A stretch of DNA of 64,000 nucleotides, taken from NCBI GenBank assembly GCA_964016885.1, contig OZ024751.1:52266001-52330000 (forward strand). The letters run 5' to 3'. The notes beneath the pieces were generated by a model, which was not told the origin of the DNA, made no database searches, and saw nothing but the letters and a program-made list of their open reading frames with translations. Positions within the stretch are counted from its first letter, which is position 1, and each line of letters starts with the position of its first letter. Shown piece after piece: positions 1 to 12,200 of this stretch. The position numbers and the translations under genes were made by a program. Source of the stretch: Eledone cirrhosa (Eukaryota).

Positions 1-117
1 TATTAGTGTTGTCATCATCACCATTATCATCATCATAAGATTATATATTAGGTTGGCAGCAGCAGTAGTGGTGGTGGGTGGTAAGACGATAAAATATAAT
101 TAAAACAACAAAACAAT

Positions 118-119
118 GA

Positions 120-188
<69 letters not shown>

Positions 189-290
189 AGCGTGTGAAAG
201 AGAGGGAGAGAGAGAGTGTGTGAAAGAGAGAGAGAGAGTGAGTGTATGTGAGAGTGTGTGTGTATATGTGTGTGAGAAAGAGAGAGAAAG
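118..290. repeat. compound (TG)n/(AG)n microsatellite
   Basis: Alternating TG and AG runs, read directly. Confidence 0.95.
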
Positions 291-529
291 TACTATTTGA
301 ATCAATCAAGTGATATTGTAATATACAGTATTCCACATCAGAGATGTGTTCTGTCATTGAACTTCATATCTGTTATTGGAAGGAGATATAACCTTTATTT
401 ATGTTATTACACAATCATTGCATTTATTTGGCTCAATATTTCACTAATTAGTATTACCAATATTGCTGTCTTCGCTATTGCAACACTTCAATAATCTGTT
501 TGACTCACTCAAAAGTTGTCTGCAAAAGG

Positions 530-710
530 AAGCTGGTGTTGTTGCTGTTGGTGTTGGTGATGGCAGTGATGGTAGTGGTGTTGGTGGTGTTGGTGTTGTG
601 TGATGGTATTGTTATTGGAGGTGGTGTTGATGGTGGTTGTGGTGGTGTTGTTGTTGTTAGTGGTGGTGGTGATGTTGGTGGCATTGTTGTTGTAGGTGTT
701 GTTGGTGTCA
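530..710. repeat. (GGT/TGT)n low-complexity tract
   Basis: Degenerate trinucleotide repeats, which explain the Val/Gly-rich ORF 500..907. Confidence 0.9.
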
Positions 711-2400
711 TTAGTTTAAGGTTGATAAAAAAAGGTACCAATCTGGTACTAGTCAATTCTTCCTCTGTGTCTCTTTCTCACTTTCTCTCTCTCCTTCTCT
801 GGAAGAAATCGGCTGTGTTCAGACCTAGAGAAGGTATGGGCTACCTAAGTCTTTTTATTTCTTTATTCTTCAAATCTGTATCACTATATGTCCCCCACCC
901 CCACTAACTGACATTTAAATATTTCATGATTTTATTGCAATATTGAAAAAAAAAATTGTATTCTAATAAATTCAATTATTTTAAGCAATCATTTTATATC
1001 CACCTTTTCTATATTGTTTTTTTTATTTTTATTTTTCCAGAGGTAAGTGGTCTCATTTCCATTGTTATTTCAGGTGAAGTTGAGGCAAGTATCCATTTGC
1101 TTTTGTTCATCTTAAAATCTCTTGAGTGGTAGACTTAATCTATCAGGTGGTTTAACACTTAACACCATCACCTGGCCCTTGGTTGCATTTAGTAGAGTCC
1201 ATTCTGGTGTGCTTGGGCCAGGTCTCCAATTTGGGGATTTTTCCCCTTCCTTACCCATTAGATCAAAAGGCCTTGAAGGGGGTCATAAGTACTGCCTCTC
1301 CCTCCATGGCTAACCTATTGTAATAATTCATAGTCACTGTATTTAAGATTTGTTTGTAGTCATTATAAAAGTGAATTCCTTTACTGCGTTCGTGCTGGGG
1401 AACCACACTGAAGGGATTTAATTGACTCCAGTACATATGTTTTCAAGTCTGTTACTTATTTTATTGATCGCTTCTTATTGAACTACTAAGTTATAACTGT
1501 CAACCTCAATGGTCTCTGCTATCCTAATTTTTCCAGTCTTTCCAAGCCTGTTTCCTGGCTTTGCTTTGGTGGCTCCATCTACTGAGCTGTTCCACCACCA
1601 GCTGGTGCTCTACTCCAATCACAAGTTTCATCAGTAGTTCATGAAAGGTTGTCGTGCAAGAATTTCAAGTTGTTATATGTATCTCACTCGTCACTTCTTT
1701 CATCAAATGCATCCCATAGGATGCATTTGATGCATTTGGTTAAATAAAGGTCCTTTAGCTTCCAAACCCATCTCCATACCCATCTCCATATTTTCTTGCA
1801 TATCTTGTTCTGTCTTTTGCTTATTTTGATGTTATGAATAACTAATATGTGTTGGATAGTGCATTCTTCCTCAGGGAATGCCTCAGTATTTTCTAAATTA
1901 TTTGAAAATCATAAACAGTGTCTTTTATTAGAAATATGGTAATGAACGAGTTAACATACCCAAGAAACCTCTTCTGAGATGCAACCTTACAGGAGGCCTG
2001 CTAATTATATGTTAGTGTTAACTAGAACAGCAACAATACTAGATCAGATTAGTTGTACAAAAAACCCAGCATAGCCTCAGCCTATCAGCTGAAATATGTA
2101 ATAGAGTAAAATCAAATAGAATGAATGCATATAAATGAGCTGTCATCAAAATTTAATGTTATGTAGTATTTTTGTCAGGATAACCAGTCCAGTTTTTATT
2201 TCAGATTTGGAAAGAAGCCATTTTACAGATTAGTTTAAATTAAGTCAATCTGAAGTAATGAGTTTTCAACTAATGATGTTGGTAAACACATTAACAATGT
2301 AGGTCAAACTATTGCAGCTAGCAGAGAAAATTAGGTCAAAGTTTACTGAGAACTTAACTGTTACACAATTAAAATTAATATTTCTTGCACCAATATATGT

Positions 2401-2660
2401 GGAGGTTGCGTGGCCTAGTGGTAAGGTTGTTGGACTTATGATCATAATGTCGTGGGTTCGATTTATGGACTGGGTTGTGTGTTGTGTTCTTGAGCAAAAC
2501 ACTTCATTTCACGTTGCTTCAGTATACTCAGCTGTAAATGAGTACCAACAATAGCTGGGGGTTTAACCCTGAAATGGACTGGTGTCCAGTCCTTTGGGAA
2601 CTCTCAGTTGATTCACGCCATGAAGCCAACCTAATGAGCCTTCTGGCTTAACACAGACTT
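2401..2660 (+). mobile_element. degenerate tRNA-derived SINE
   Basis: A-box TGGCCTAGTGG, B-box-like GGGTTCGATTT, then the core TGTGTTCTTGAGCAAAACACTT that is shared with the SINEs at 42592 and 50721. Confidence 0.75.
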
Positions 2661-3923
2661 TAAATATATGAGGAAACATTCATGTGGTTGGGTGACTAGA
2701 AATACACCATGACATCTTATAAAAGGAAGGACACAGATAGTGTTCAAGATAGCCAAAATGATGGAATGGTCGTGATGGGAATATCTTTTTTTGACTTTAG
2801 ATTTAACTTGTTGCTTGGTTTAACATCACCACCACAAACAAGGACCTTAGGGTCTTTTAGTGAAGGCAACTCTGTTGCATTCAAGACTGGTTTTCAGTCT
2901 AGAGATAGCTTCATAATACTAGTCATGGAGACCTTGAAAAGGGCCATGGGCTCCACCATACTTCCTTTGATTAAGCCATTAAAAATGGCTGATCTAAGGG
3001 CTAAACAGCAATACTTACAACAATATTACTGAATGTGAAGGAGATTAAAGTAAATTAAAGCCATCATCAGCATCGTTTAATATCTATTTTTCATGTCTGC
3101 ATGGGTTAAAGTATAAGATTATTTTTTAAAAACCTGTGTAATGATATAAGAGCAAAGTACACTACTTCCATATCAAAAAATTTATTAAAACAAAATACTA
3201 TCATCAAAGTATGTATGTGACCAACAATAACAGCACAAACCAGTGAATGAAAGTTTGTCATGACCCCTCTCTTCTCCTTCCTTCCTTGAATCCCTAGTGT
3301 AAGCCACCTCACAGTTCCAGTTGCCTGCACAAACCAGTCACTGACTGTTTGTCATGGTCGTCTGTTCATCTGCTCAACCTCACTGACATATAGAAACCCC
3401 AGGATTATGTCACCTCATGGTTCCCATGGACAGAATAGAGAAAGAGTTATGGCAACAGAGGATATTGCTACTAACAGACATCTGGAAAGTGATCTGAAAA
3501 GATTTCAACCCAGTGTCAAAACAACATTTGTGGTCTTGACTCACCAAGAGTTTATTGTTCAGAAATTACCAATATATAAATATACCATCAGATATCAGAT
3601 ATTAGATGTTAACAACAAACAAAGGGGAGTGGGATCTGCTGTTTATCCTTATTGTTCTTTACTTTAAAGACCATCTGGCTACAACACCATTTTATGGGTT
3701 GGGGATGGGGGGATATTTTAACCCATTTCCCTCCATCCCACCCCTCCTTTTACACCCATTTTAAAATCTCATTTATGACCACTCGTTCAGTGAGAAATTT
3801 GATCTGACATCAAGTTATAGGATATGTTTATGTACAGAGTTTATAAGCAGCTTGTCTGTTTTGCGGAAATAGTTTCTTTACATCAAGCTCGGGCCTGTAT
3901 TGTGGGCCAGTGTTATCACAGCA

Positions 3924-4120
3924 GTGTGTGTGTCTGCATGTGTGCATACGTTTGTATGTGTGTGTGTTTGTGTGCATGTGTGTGTGTGTTTGTGTGTGCA
4001 TGTATATATGTACACGTGTACATATATACATGCACACACAAACACACACACACATGTGGGTGTACGCGTCTACGCATTTATGTGCATGTGTGTGTGTGCA
4101 TGTGCATGTACGTGCACACG
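3924..4120. repeat. (TG)n/(CA)n-derived microsatellite
   Basis: Dinucleotide runs, read directly. Confidence 0.9.
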
Positions 4121-4329
4121 CTTGATTTGTTTATGTAAAACAAAGATAGGAAATAGGGTAGTGGGGTGGATTAAGGATGGAAATCAATAGTTGGTTCCTA
4201 AAATAAGAGGTTTTAAGGGCCAGAGGTATATGTAGGTGGGGGAGGACAGCAGCTGGCTGTTTGCTTTTATCTTGGTCATGGTCAGACAACAGAGCTGTAT
4301 AATTTGATGCCTTGTAAATTATTCCAGTG

Positions 4330-4700
4330 TCATTGTCATCATCTGTCATCATCGTCATCATTTTCATCATCATCATCATGCTGTGATGTTGTTATTTGCT
4401 TCTGTTTGACAGCTAGTCACACCCTGTTGTAGTAATCGCCATCACTATTACCATCATCACTATCATCACCATCACCACAACTACCACCATCATCATCATC
4501 ACTACCTCCATCATCTTCACCACCACTATCACCACCAACAACTTCAACACCATCACCACTATCACCATTATAATTACCATTGTTCTCAACATCTGTCCAA
4601 CAGAATCACTTCCAGTTGTTGTTGTTGTTGCTGTTGTTCAGAGTAGCATCCACCACTCTCCTCTTTATCTCCTGGTGGTGGTGGTGGTGGTGGTGGTAGT
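4330..4700. repeat. (CAT/CAC/GTT/GGT)n low-complexity region
   Basis: Trinucleotide runs, read directly. Confidence 0.85.
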
Positions 4701-4924
4701 GAGTATGGAGGTTTGAGGTGGTGGGTCAGTGGAGTTTGGAGGTGTTGGTGGTAGTGGTGATCATAATAGTCACATCTGCTATTCCCACCATCACTGATGT
4801 CAAGAAGACCTCTAGCTGCATGTGCATGTGTAGTGCACCCAGCATTCATCTCAAATTTTCTTGTTCTTAGCAACAGAAGTCTCTTGTTCTTCTGTCCTTC
4901 CATAGTCTCCCTTATATATATATA

Positions 4925-5341
4925 TGGCCTCAGCCAGATGGCTGGAACAGGTTAAAGAGTATATAAAAAAGTATGTTCCGTTGGATGTGCAATGTCAATG
5001 TGCGTGAACGACCAAGCAGAGACGAGTTGAGAAAGAAACTGGGTATAAGAGGGATAAGTTGTGGTGTGCAGGAGAGAAGGCTGAGATGGTATGGACATGT
5101 GATGCACATGGAGGATGACCGCTGGGTGAAGAAGTGCCAGGAAGTCCAAGTGGAGGGAAGACGCTGTAGAGGTAGACCACAAAAAACATGGGTGGAGGTG
5201 GTAAGAGCAGACCTCATATCGCTGAAACTCACCGAGGAGATGACGAAGGACCATGACAAGTGGAGAGATGCTGTGCTGAATAGGATCCGTCCAACCCTTG
5301 CAAGCAGGGAAAAGTGGACGTAAAATGATGATGATGATGAT
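4925..5341 (+). mobile_element. RTE-clade LINE, short 3' fragment
   Basis: ORF 4973..5323 carries RTE C-terminal motifs ([23 protein letters not shown]). Terminal stem-loop CCTTGC-AA-GCAGGG, then a (GAT)n tail. Confidence 0.92.
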
Positions 5342-5349
5342 TGGTTTCC

Positions 5350-5680
5350 TTCTCTTCTTCCATAGACTCCCTTCTACATATATTTTGATTGATGCCCTTG
5401 TTCTTCCATAATCCCCCTTATATCATCATCATTGTTTAGCATCCATTTTCCGTGCTATACACACACATACACACACACACACACATATAATTTTTTATTG
5501 ATTCTCTTGTCCTTCCATAGACTTCTTTATAATTATACTTTGATTAATGCTCCTCTGTTCTTCCATAGACTTCCTTGTACATATATTTTGATTGATTGTT
5601 CTTCCATCCTCCAATAAATTTCCCTACACATATATTTTGATTGATGCCCTTCCGTCCTTCCATAGACGTCTTTATACACC
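5350..5680. repeat. degenerate ~41-bp minisatellite
   Basis: Recurring TATTTTGATTGATGCCCTT...CTTCCATAGAC. One more unit lies at about 4890-4925, on the other side of the LINE fragment. Confidence 0.65.
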
Positions 5681-7165
5681 TATTGTGTTTGGTTTCATTT
5701 ATTTTAGGGTCATGACTAACTTTTGTAGAGGAGATCTATTGTCAACTAAATTAACACCTAGTGTATTACTGGTATTCATTTTATTGCTTCAGAAAGAACC
5801 ATGTGTAAATCTGAATATCTATCAGAACTGTAATGGAGGCCTTTGCTTTATCATAGACCCTTCACTAAGTATTCTGGTTAACTGTTCTGCAGAGTTGTTC
5901 AAATGTTTGATTTTTATTTTACATAGTGGCATTGTGTGTGTGTGGATTTGTATATATGTAATTGTATATGGATGTTTGTGTGTGTGTTTGTATGTATGTA
6001 TGTGTGTGTATGCATATGTGTGTGTATGGATATATGTGTGTGTATTCTGAAATAAAATCAATGGAGGTCTGCTGGATGTTTTATTGGTCAAAATCGACAG
6101 AAAATTGATGTTTGAGGATTGCAGTATTTCACAGTCCTGCTTTTTCATTTGTCTATTGTTTATTGGTGTGCAGTGGAGTTTAACAACTACTGTTTATTGG
6201 TTGGGGTGAAGTTTAACAAATATTCCCATTGGTCTTTATATTGCTTACTATTTGCTAGTCTCAACTCCTGGTAGAGAAACATCACTGCTTTTTAAATGGC
6301 AGGAGGCAGGATTTGAATATACAATGTACAGAGCCTGAACAGATACCTCAAATTATTCCATTCAACTCTTTTAACAATTCTGCCAATCCACCAACACTGG
6401 ACTGGAACTTTATTTATCAATGCTGAAAGGTTGAAAGGCAAAGATGACCATGGCCGTATTTGAACTCAGAGCTGCAGACAGCTGGAAAAAATACCAAGCC
6501 ATTTAATCCAAAGCTCTAATCACCAGATAGACATTTTCCTATGTTGGTATTTTCTCTACCTCTATTCTAAAAGAGTTTCTGTTTGGTTTGATATTTAATT
6601 CCATGCAGCACTTGCCTGTAATTATGATGAAAATTGGAGAGATTTTTTCTCTATGATTGCAAATCTGTTCTAGAATGTCAGAACGCAAAATAAAGTCATT
6701 TAATTCTCTTATGTTTTTACAATCGACTCTCTAAATATCCCATATGTCGCATCTATTTCCATTCCGGACATCAATCTGATCATCATCATCATTATCAGCA
6801 TCATAATCACTACCATCATCATAATCACTACCATCATCATAATCATCATCATCATAATATCACCTTAATAATCATTATCATAACCACCACTACCACCTTC
6901 ATCAAGTTAACTCTTTCCTGGCCATATTTCTAGCAAAGTAAACTGCATATGTGTTCTAATTAATATTGATAAAATTCAAAAATTTGAAGGGATTTCAACA
7001 TAGCAATACTGTCACAATACATGTAGTTTATCAACACTATTCTTTTTCTTGATTATTTTTCTCTCTTTCCATCCTTCTGCTGACCCACATCCAAAACATC
7101 ATGCAATTTTTCCACTTCTCCGACCTTTAATATTTATCATATTTTCTCATTATCCAATAGTGTGC

Positions 7166-7265
7166 CATTCCCGCCGAGGTTAACTTTGCCTTTCATCCTT
7201 ACGGGGTCAATAAAATAAAGTACACTGGGTAATTGCTGGCCTTGTGCCAAAAGTAGAAATAATTA
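7166..7265 (+). mobile_element. SINE 3' fragment (Nin/Deu-like core family)
   Basis: CCCGCCGAGGTTAACTTTGCCTTTCATCCTTACGGGGTC...GGCCTTGTGCCAAAAGTAGAAA, nearly identical to the copy at 23478-23653. Confidence 0.8.
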
Positions 7266-7864
7266 TTTATTTGTGGCTGAATGGTTAAGACATTTGCTTT
7301 AGAATCACAAAATTCTGGGATCAGTTCTCCTGTGTGGCATATAGAGCAAGGGTTTTTTTAAATTTTTTCTACTATAGTATTTGGTTGATCAAAGCAATGT
7401 GAGTGAAAGTAGATACACAGAAACTGTTTAGAAGCCTATTGGATAAATCTTTACCAGTAATTCAAAGAGCCATCTTTGTTTGTCATACAATGACATACTG
7501 AATTTCCATGAGAATTTTATTGAAGGTACACGTGCCTGTGGGATAATGCTTTGGATAATGAGGTCCTGGGTTCTCTGTATAGAGGAAAGGGACAGAACAG
7601 GACAGTTATAGCTAGAATTCCCTTGATCATAGGTCTGTCTAGTTAATTCTGTATTCAAACATTGCCAGTCTGTTAGCGTTGGTGAAATAATTACTACTAA
7701 TTAATATAGCACAATTAATTAATGGTAATTAATATAGTAATTAAGTTAATTATGCCCTTACACTCTCTTTGCTGTACTGAAGATTAATCTTATGAGATTA
7801 GTCACATGATTTCTTGAGTATCATCCTTTATATATCTTTCTCACTTCCATTCTTTTGAGACATT

Positions 7865-10312
7865 TAACGTAGAAGAGAACTGGGAGTTCCTAAAAAATAA
7901 TTTACTAGAGGCGACGGATGAGGTCTGTGGCTGGAGTAAGACCTCAAGCAGGAGGAGAGTGACTTGGTGGTGGAACAATAAGGTAGATGAAGCAGTTAAG
8001 GCCAAGAGACAGGCATGGAAAGAATGGAAGAACGGGAGGAGCAGGGTACATTACATAGAGACCAAGAGGGAAGCTAGGCGACAAGTATACTTAGCTAGGA
8101 GGGAAGCAGAGGATAGAAAATTCAAGCATGTTTTACGTGAGGACCAGAAACAGGAGGTATTCAAGATTGCGAGGCAGTGTGTCAGAGATAGTTGTGATGT
8201 CATTGGAGAGAAGTGTATCCGGAATGATAAAGGTGAGCTTGCCCTCACAAGTGCTGAGAAGAAAGATGCATGGAAGAGTCATTATGATAGATTACTAAAT
8301 GAGGAGAATGCATGGGAAGAAGAGACCCTACCCCAAGTAGACCCTATAGAGGGACCAGCAGTACAAGTCAGCAGCAGCGTAGTAAGTAAGGCAATCAAAG
8401 ATATGAAGATGGGGAAGACAACCGGTCCATCGGGTATAGCTGCCGAGATGCTGAAGGCATCTGGGTCTGTAGGTCACACTATAACCACACGTATCGTTAA
8501 CCAGGTAATACTAGAAGGGGCCATACCAAAAGATTGGTGCAGTAGCATCATTGTCAACTGCTACAAAGGTAAAGGCGATGCACTAGATAGAGGAAACTAT
8601 AGAGGTATAAAGTTGATGGACCAGGTCATGAAAGTAACAGAAAGAGTTATAGCACAGCTGATTAGGGACCGGGTGAATATAGACGAGATGCAATTTGGGT
8701 TTGTACCAGGAAGAGGCACCACTGATGCCCTCTTCCTTGTGAGGCAATTACAGGAAAAGTACCTAGCTAAAAGTAAGCCACTCTACTTGGCATTTGTCGA
8801 CCTTGAGAAAGCCTTTGACAGAGTTCCACGTGCGGTAATCTGGTGGGCTCTTAGAAAACTAGGAGTAGATGAATGGCTTGTGAAAGCGGTACAAGCCATG
8901 TATAGGGGAGCAGTCAGCAAAGTTAGGATTAACAATGAGTATAGCGAGGAATTTAGCGTACAGGTTGGGGTCCACCAGGGCTCTGTTCTTAGCCCTCTCC
9001 TGTTCATCATAGTCCTGCAGACAATAATGGAGGAGTTTAAGACCGGATGCCCATGGGAACTCCTGTATGCTGATGACCTCGCACTCATAGCTGAATCTAT
9101 GGTAGAACTAGAGAATAAATTCCAAACCTGGAAGCAGGGACTAGAGAGAAAGGGTCTCAAAGTCAACATGACAAAGACTAAGGTCCTTGTAAGTAGACGA
9201 GAAAACAGAACCCAGATCCCCTCGGGGAAATGGCCTTGCTAAGTATGTAGGAAAGGTGTAGGTAGGAACTCCATTCTCTGCCCCAAATGCAAACAATGGG
9301 TACACAAGAGATGTAGCGGGATCTCAGGAAGCTTAATTAAGAATGTAGGATTCACATGCAGCAGCTGTGCTGAAACAGCAAGCAGCAAACAGCCACAGGA
9401 AACAAGTACCACCAATCTCTGGGAGGGCCCTGTAGAAACAGTAGACAGCTTCTGCTACCTAGGTGACCGAATTAGCAACGGAGGTGGGTGTTCAGAAAGT
9501 ACAATAACTAGGGTAAGAACGGGATGGAAGAAGTTTAGGGAACTACTACCACTGCTAGCTGCAAAAGGCTTCTCCCTCAGAATGAAAGGCAGGCTGTATG
9601 ATGCGTGTATCCGAACAGTGATGTTGCATGGTAGTGAGACCTGGGCGCTGAAGGTGGAAGACTTACGTAGATTAGAGAGAAACGAAGCCTGCATGCTCCG
9701 ATGGATGTGTAACAGTAATATACGTGAACGACAAAGCATAAATGAATTGAGAGAGAGACTGAGCATAAGAGGTATCAAATGCTGTGTGCAGGAGAGGCGG
9801 TTGCGCTGGTATGGACATGTGATGCGTATGAAGGATGACAGCTGCATAAAAAGGTGCAGAGCACTAGAAGTTGATGGAAACCGCGGAGTGGGAAGACCCA
9901 AGATGACCTGGGATGAGGTGATAAAAGCCGACCTTACCCAACTACACCTCTCAAAGACAATGACACATGACCGTGACTTCTGGCGTCACGCAGTAATACA
10001 GAGTACCCGACCTCCCATGGGTACATGCTGAAGCATATAAACAATATGCCCCCACACCCCCCACCGCAAGGTGGTCGTGGAGGTGCCACGGCAAAAAAGC
10101 ACCCAGCCCACACTGTAAAGTGGACGTGTAGGCGCCACGAAAAAGCACCCAGCACTCACTGTAAATGAGGTTGGTGTTAGGAAGGGCATCCAGCTGTAGA
10201 AATCAAGCCAGATCAGTTCCTGTATGAGCAAGGCATGGTCAGCCGACCAGACACTGCACACAACAGGACAACCCGTCTAACCCATGCTAGCGTGGAAGAA
10301 CGGACGTAAAAC

Positions 10313-10341
<29 letters not shown>
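7865..10341 (+). mobile_element. RTE-clade LINE, 5'-truncated, one in-frame stop, PHD-containing lineage
   Basis: ORFs 7959..9242 and 9582..10031 share a frame, separated by TAA at 9240. RT motifs [34 protein letters not shown]. The 3'UTR carries GGTTGGTGTTAGGAAGGGCATCCAGCTG and a (GAT)n tail. Confidence 0.96.
7959..10031 (+). pseudogene. RTE reverse transcriptase pseudogene (RT + PHD finger + C-terminus)
   Basis: Manual translation is continuous across the single stop at 9240-9242. Confidence 0.92.
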
Positions 10342-10343
<2 letters not shown>

Positions 10344-10457
10344 CTTCTCTGGAAGATATTGGCTGTGTTCTGACCTGGAGAGATGACATACAGCCTAATA
10401 CACACTGTATATTATGAGGCACCCTGACAACTCGATCAGGAGTTATAGGTCCATACA

Positions 10458-10797
10458 TACTCTCAGGTCTCGAATAACCCCCCCCCCCCCCCCCCCCCCC
10501 CTTGTTAATTTTTCAGATTTTTTCTGCCGAAATTATATTTTAAGCGGAAGCATTCCTGCAACAATTAATTTTCTTTAGCCATTAAAAACATACATGATAA
10601 AAAAAAAAAAAAAATTTTTTTAAATTCCATACATTATAAAATAAATAGGATGGGTTAGAGCCTCAATAAGTAAACTAAACGACTAATTTGGGGTTTTAAA
10701 AAAAAATCAACGGAGACAACCTAGAAAAATTACTGATTTTCCAACACCCCTGCCCTCGCTTATTCCAACACCCCCTATTCTTTGGGACTCAAGAGTA
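10458..10797. mobile_element. possible Tc1/pogo-type MITE
   Basis: Imperfect terminal inverted repeats TACTCTCAGGTCTCGAATA / TATTCTTTGGGACTCAAGAGTA with TA ends and an internal poly-C tract. Confidence 0.4.
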
Positions 10798-10829
10798 CGT
10801 ACAATGTAATAAGAACATACTGGGTGCAG

Positions 10830-11010
10830 TGTTACAAAAAAACACCCAGCACACCGGGTGATATTAGGAAGGGCATCCAACCATTGAAGCCATGTTGTAT
10901 ATAGAACATAGTGAGCAAGATTGATTGCTCTGACCCATCTTGTCACAGGCTGTAACAACCTGTCCAATCCATGTCAGCATGGAAGAGGGATGTATGATGA
11001 TGATGATGAT
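10830..11010 (+). mobile_element. degenerate RTE-type 3' tail (SINE/LINE remnant)
   Basis: TTAGGAAGGGCATCCA motif, terminal CCATGTCAGCATGG hairpin, (ATG)n tail. Confidence 0.75.
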
Positions 11011-12200
11011 TGACATCATGGCTATTGAAATGAAAGATATCTCCTACCCTCAACAAACTTTTCACCTTTCCAAATACAGAACTGTGCTGGAACTGTTCGT
11101 TATTGTGACTACAATAATTTGTGTTCCTAATTGACATAAACCTAGTAATTGCAATTAATTAAGATGGCCACAATTTTCAGTTTTTACTCACAAAGCCTGC
11201 CCCTCTCTCTCTCCCATGCTTTCTTTCCGTCTCTCACCTTCACACACTCTCCCTCCTCTCTCACTATCAGTGCCCCCCCCCCCCCCCCCCTCCCCCCATA
11301 TTTCTAATAAAAGACACTGCCTATGATTTTAAAACCACTTTGAAAATAATCAGGGATTTAGAGTGATTTAGAAACATAACTTTCTCATTATTAAGCTGGT
11401 GTTTGAAACATAACTTAACAAAGGTTCTTACATAAAATTATAATGGTTGGTTTTTAGATAAATACTTTCAGATCACACAACCTGGGGTAGTTTCAGATGG
11501 TTTGGTATAAAAAGGGTTATCTAAAAATATTCTATCATAATTTGATATACAAACTTTTAAGTTATGTTCCAAATACCAGATAAATGACAGCAAAAAAAAA
11601 ATATTACTAAATCCTTACAATTTCCTAAATATTTTCAAAATTATTTGAAAATCATAGGCAGTATCTTTTGTTAGAAATATGTTAATCTTTTTCTTCAGCA
11701 TTCATAGGTTAACATATTCTCTCTCTCTATATATATTGATTCTTCCCTACCTGTTTGAAGTTATGAAATTTGTTTTCCATCTTTATAATATCATTGTGTG
11801 TATAAATTATTAAATATTCATAAGTTGTGTCCTGCTAAACTTCCCCATTTACAATCTCTAGCTTCCATTCTTGAAAAACAAGCAAAAAACGTTTTTTTCC
11901 CTTTTGTTCTTTTCAATTTTAATAATTTACAAACCATTTCTTTCATTCTCAGTTGACTTATATCTCAATGAGATAAGAGATATTCTTATTCTAAGTATAA
12001 CAATCATTTGCATTTTATATCCATGCGATTTGTGTGAGTGCATTTTATTGGGTGTTCAAGATAATAATAGTTTTTATGAAACTGCTTGCTTGCTATCCCT
12101 CCAAGGAGTTTTAGGATCCTATCTTAACTCTTTAATCTGTTGAGATAGCGCATATATATATATATACATATATATATATGTATATGTATATGTATATATA

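Noticed and set aside
4586-4903. 105-aa minus-strand ORF with poly-Pro and poly-Gln
   Set aside because: It is mostly trinucleotide repeat, with no recognisable domain or convincing splice sites. It cannot be supported without RNA data.
10478-10501. Functional G-quadruplex at poly-C tracts (also 11273-11296)
   Set aside because: These are homopolymers in repeat context with unreliable length and no evidence of function.
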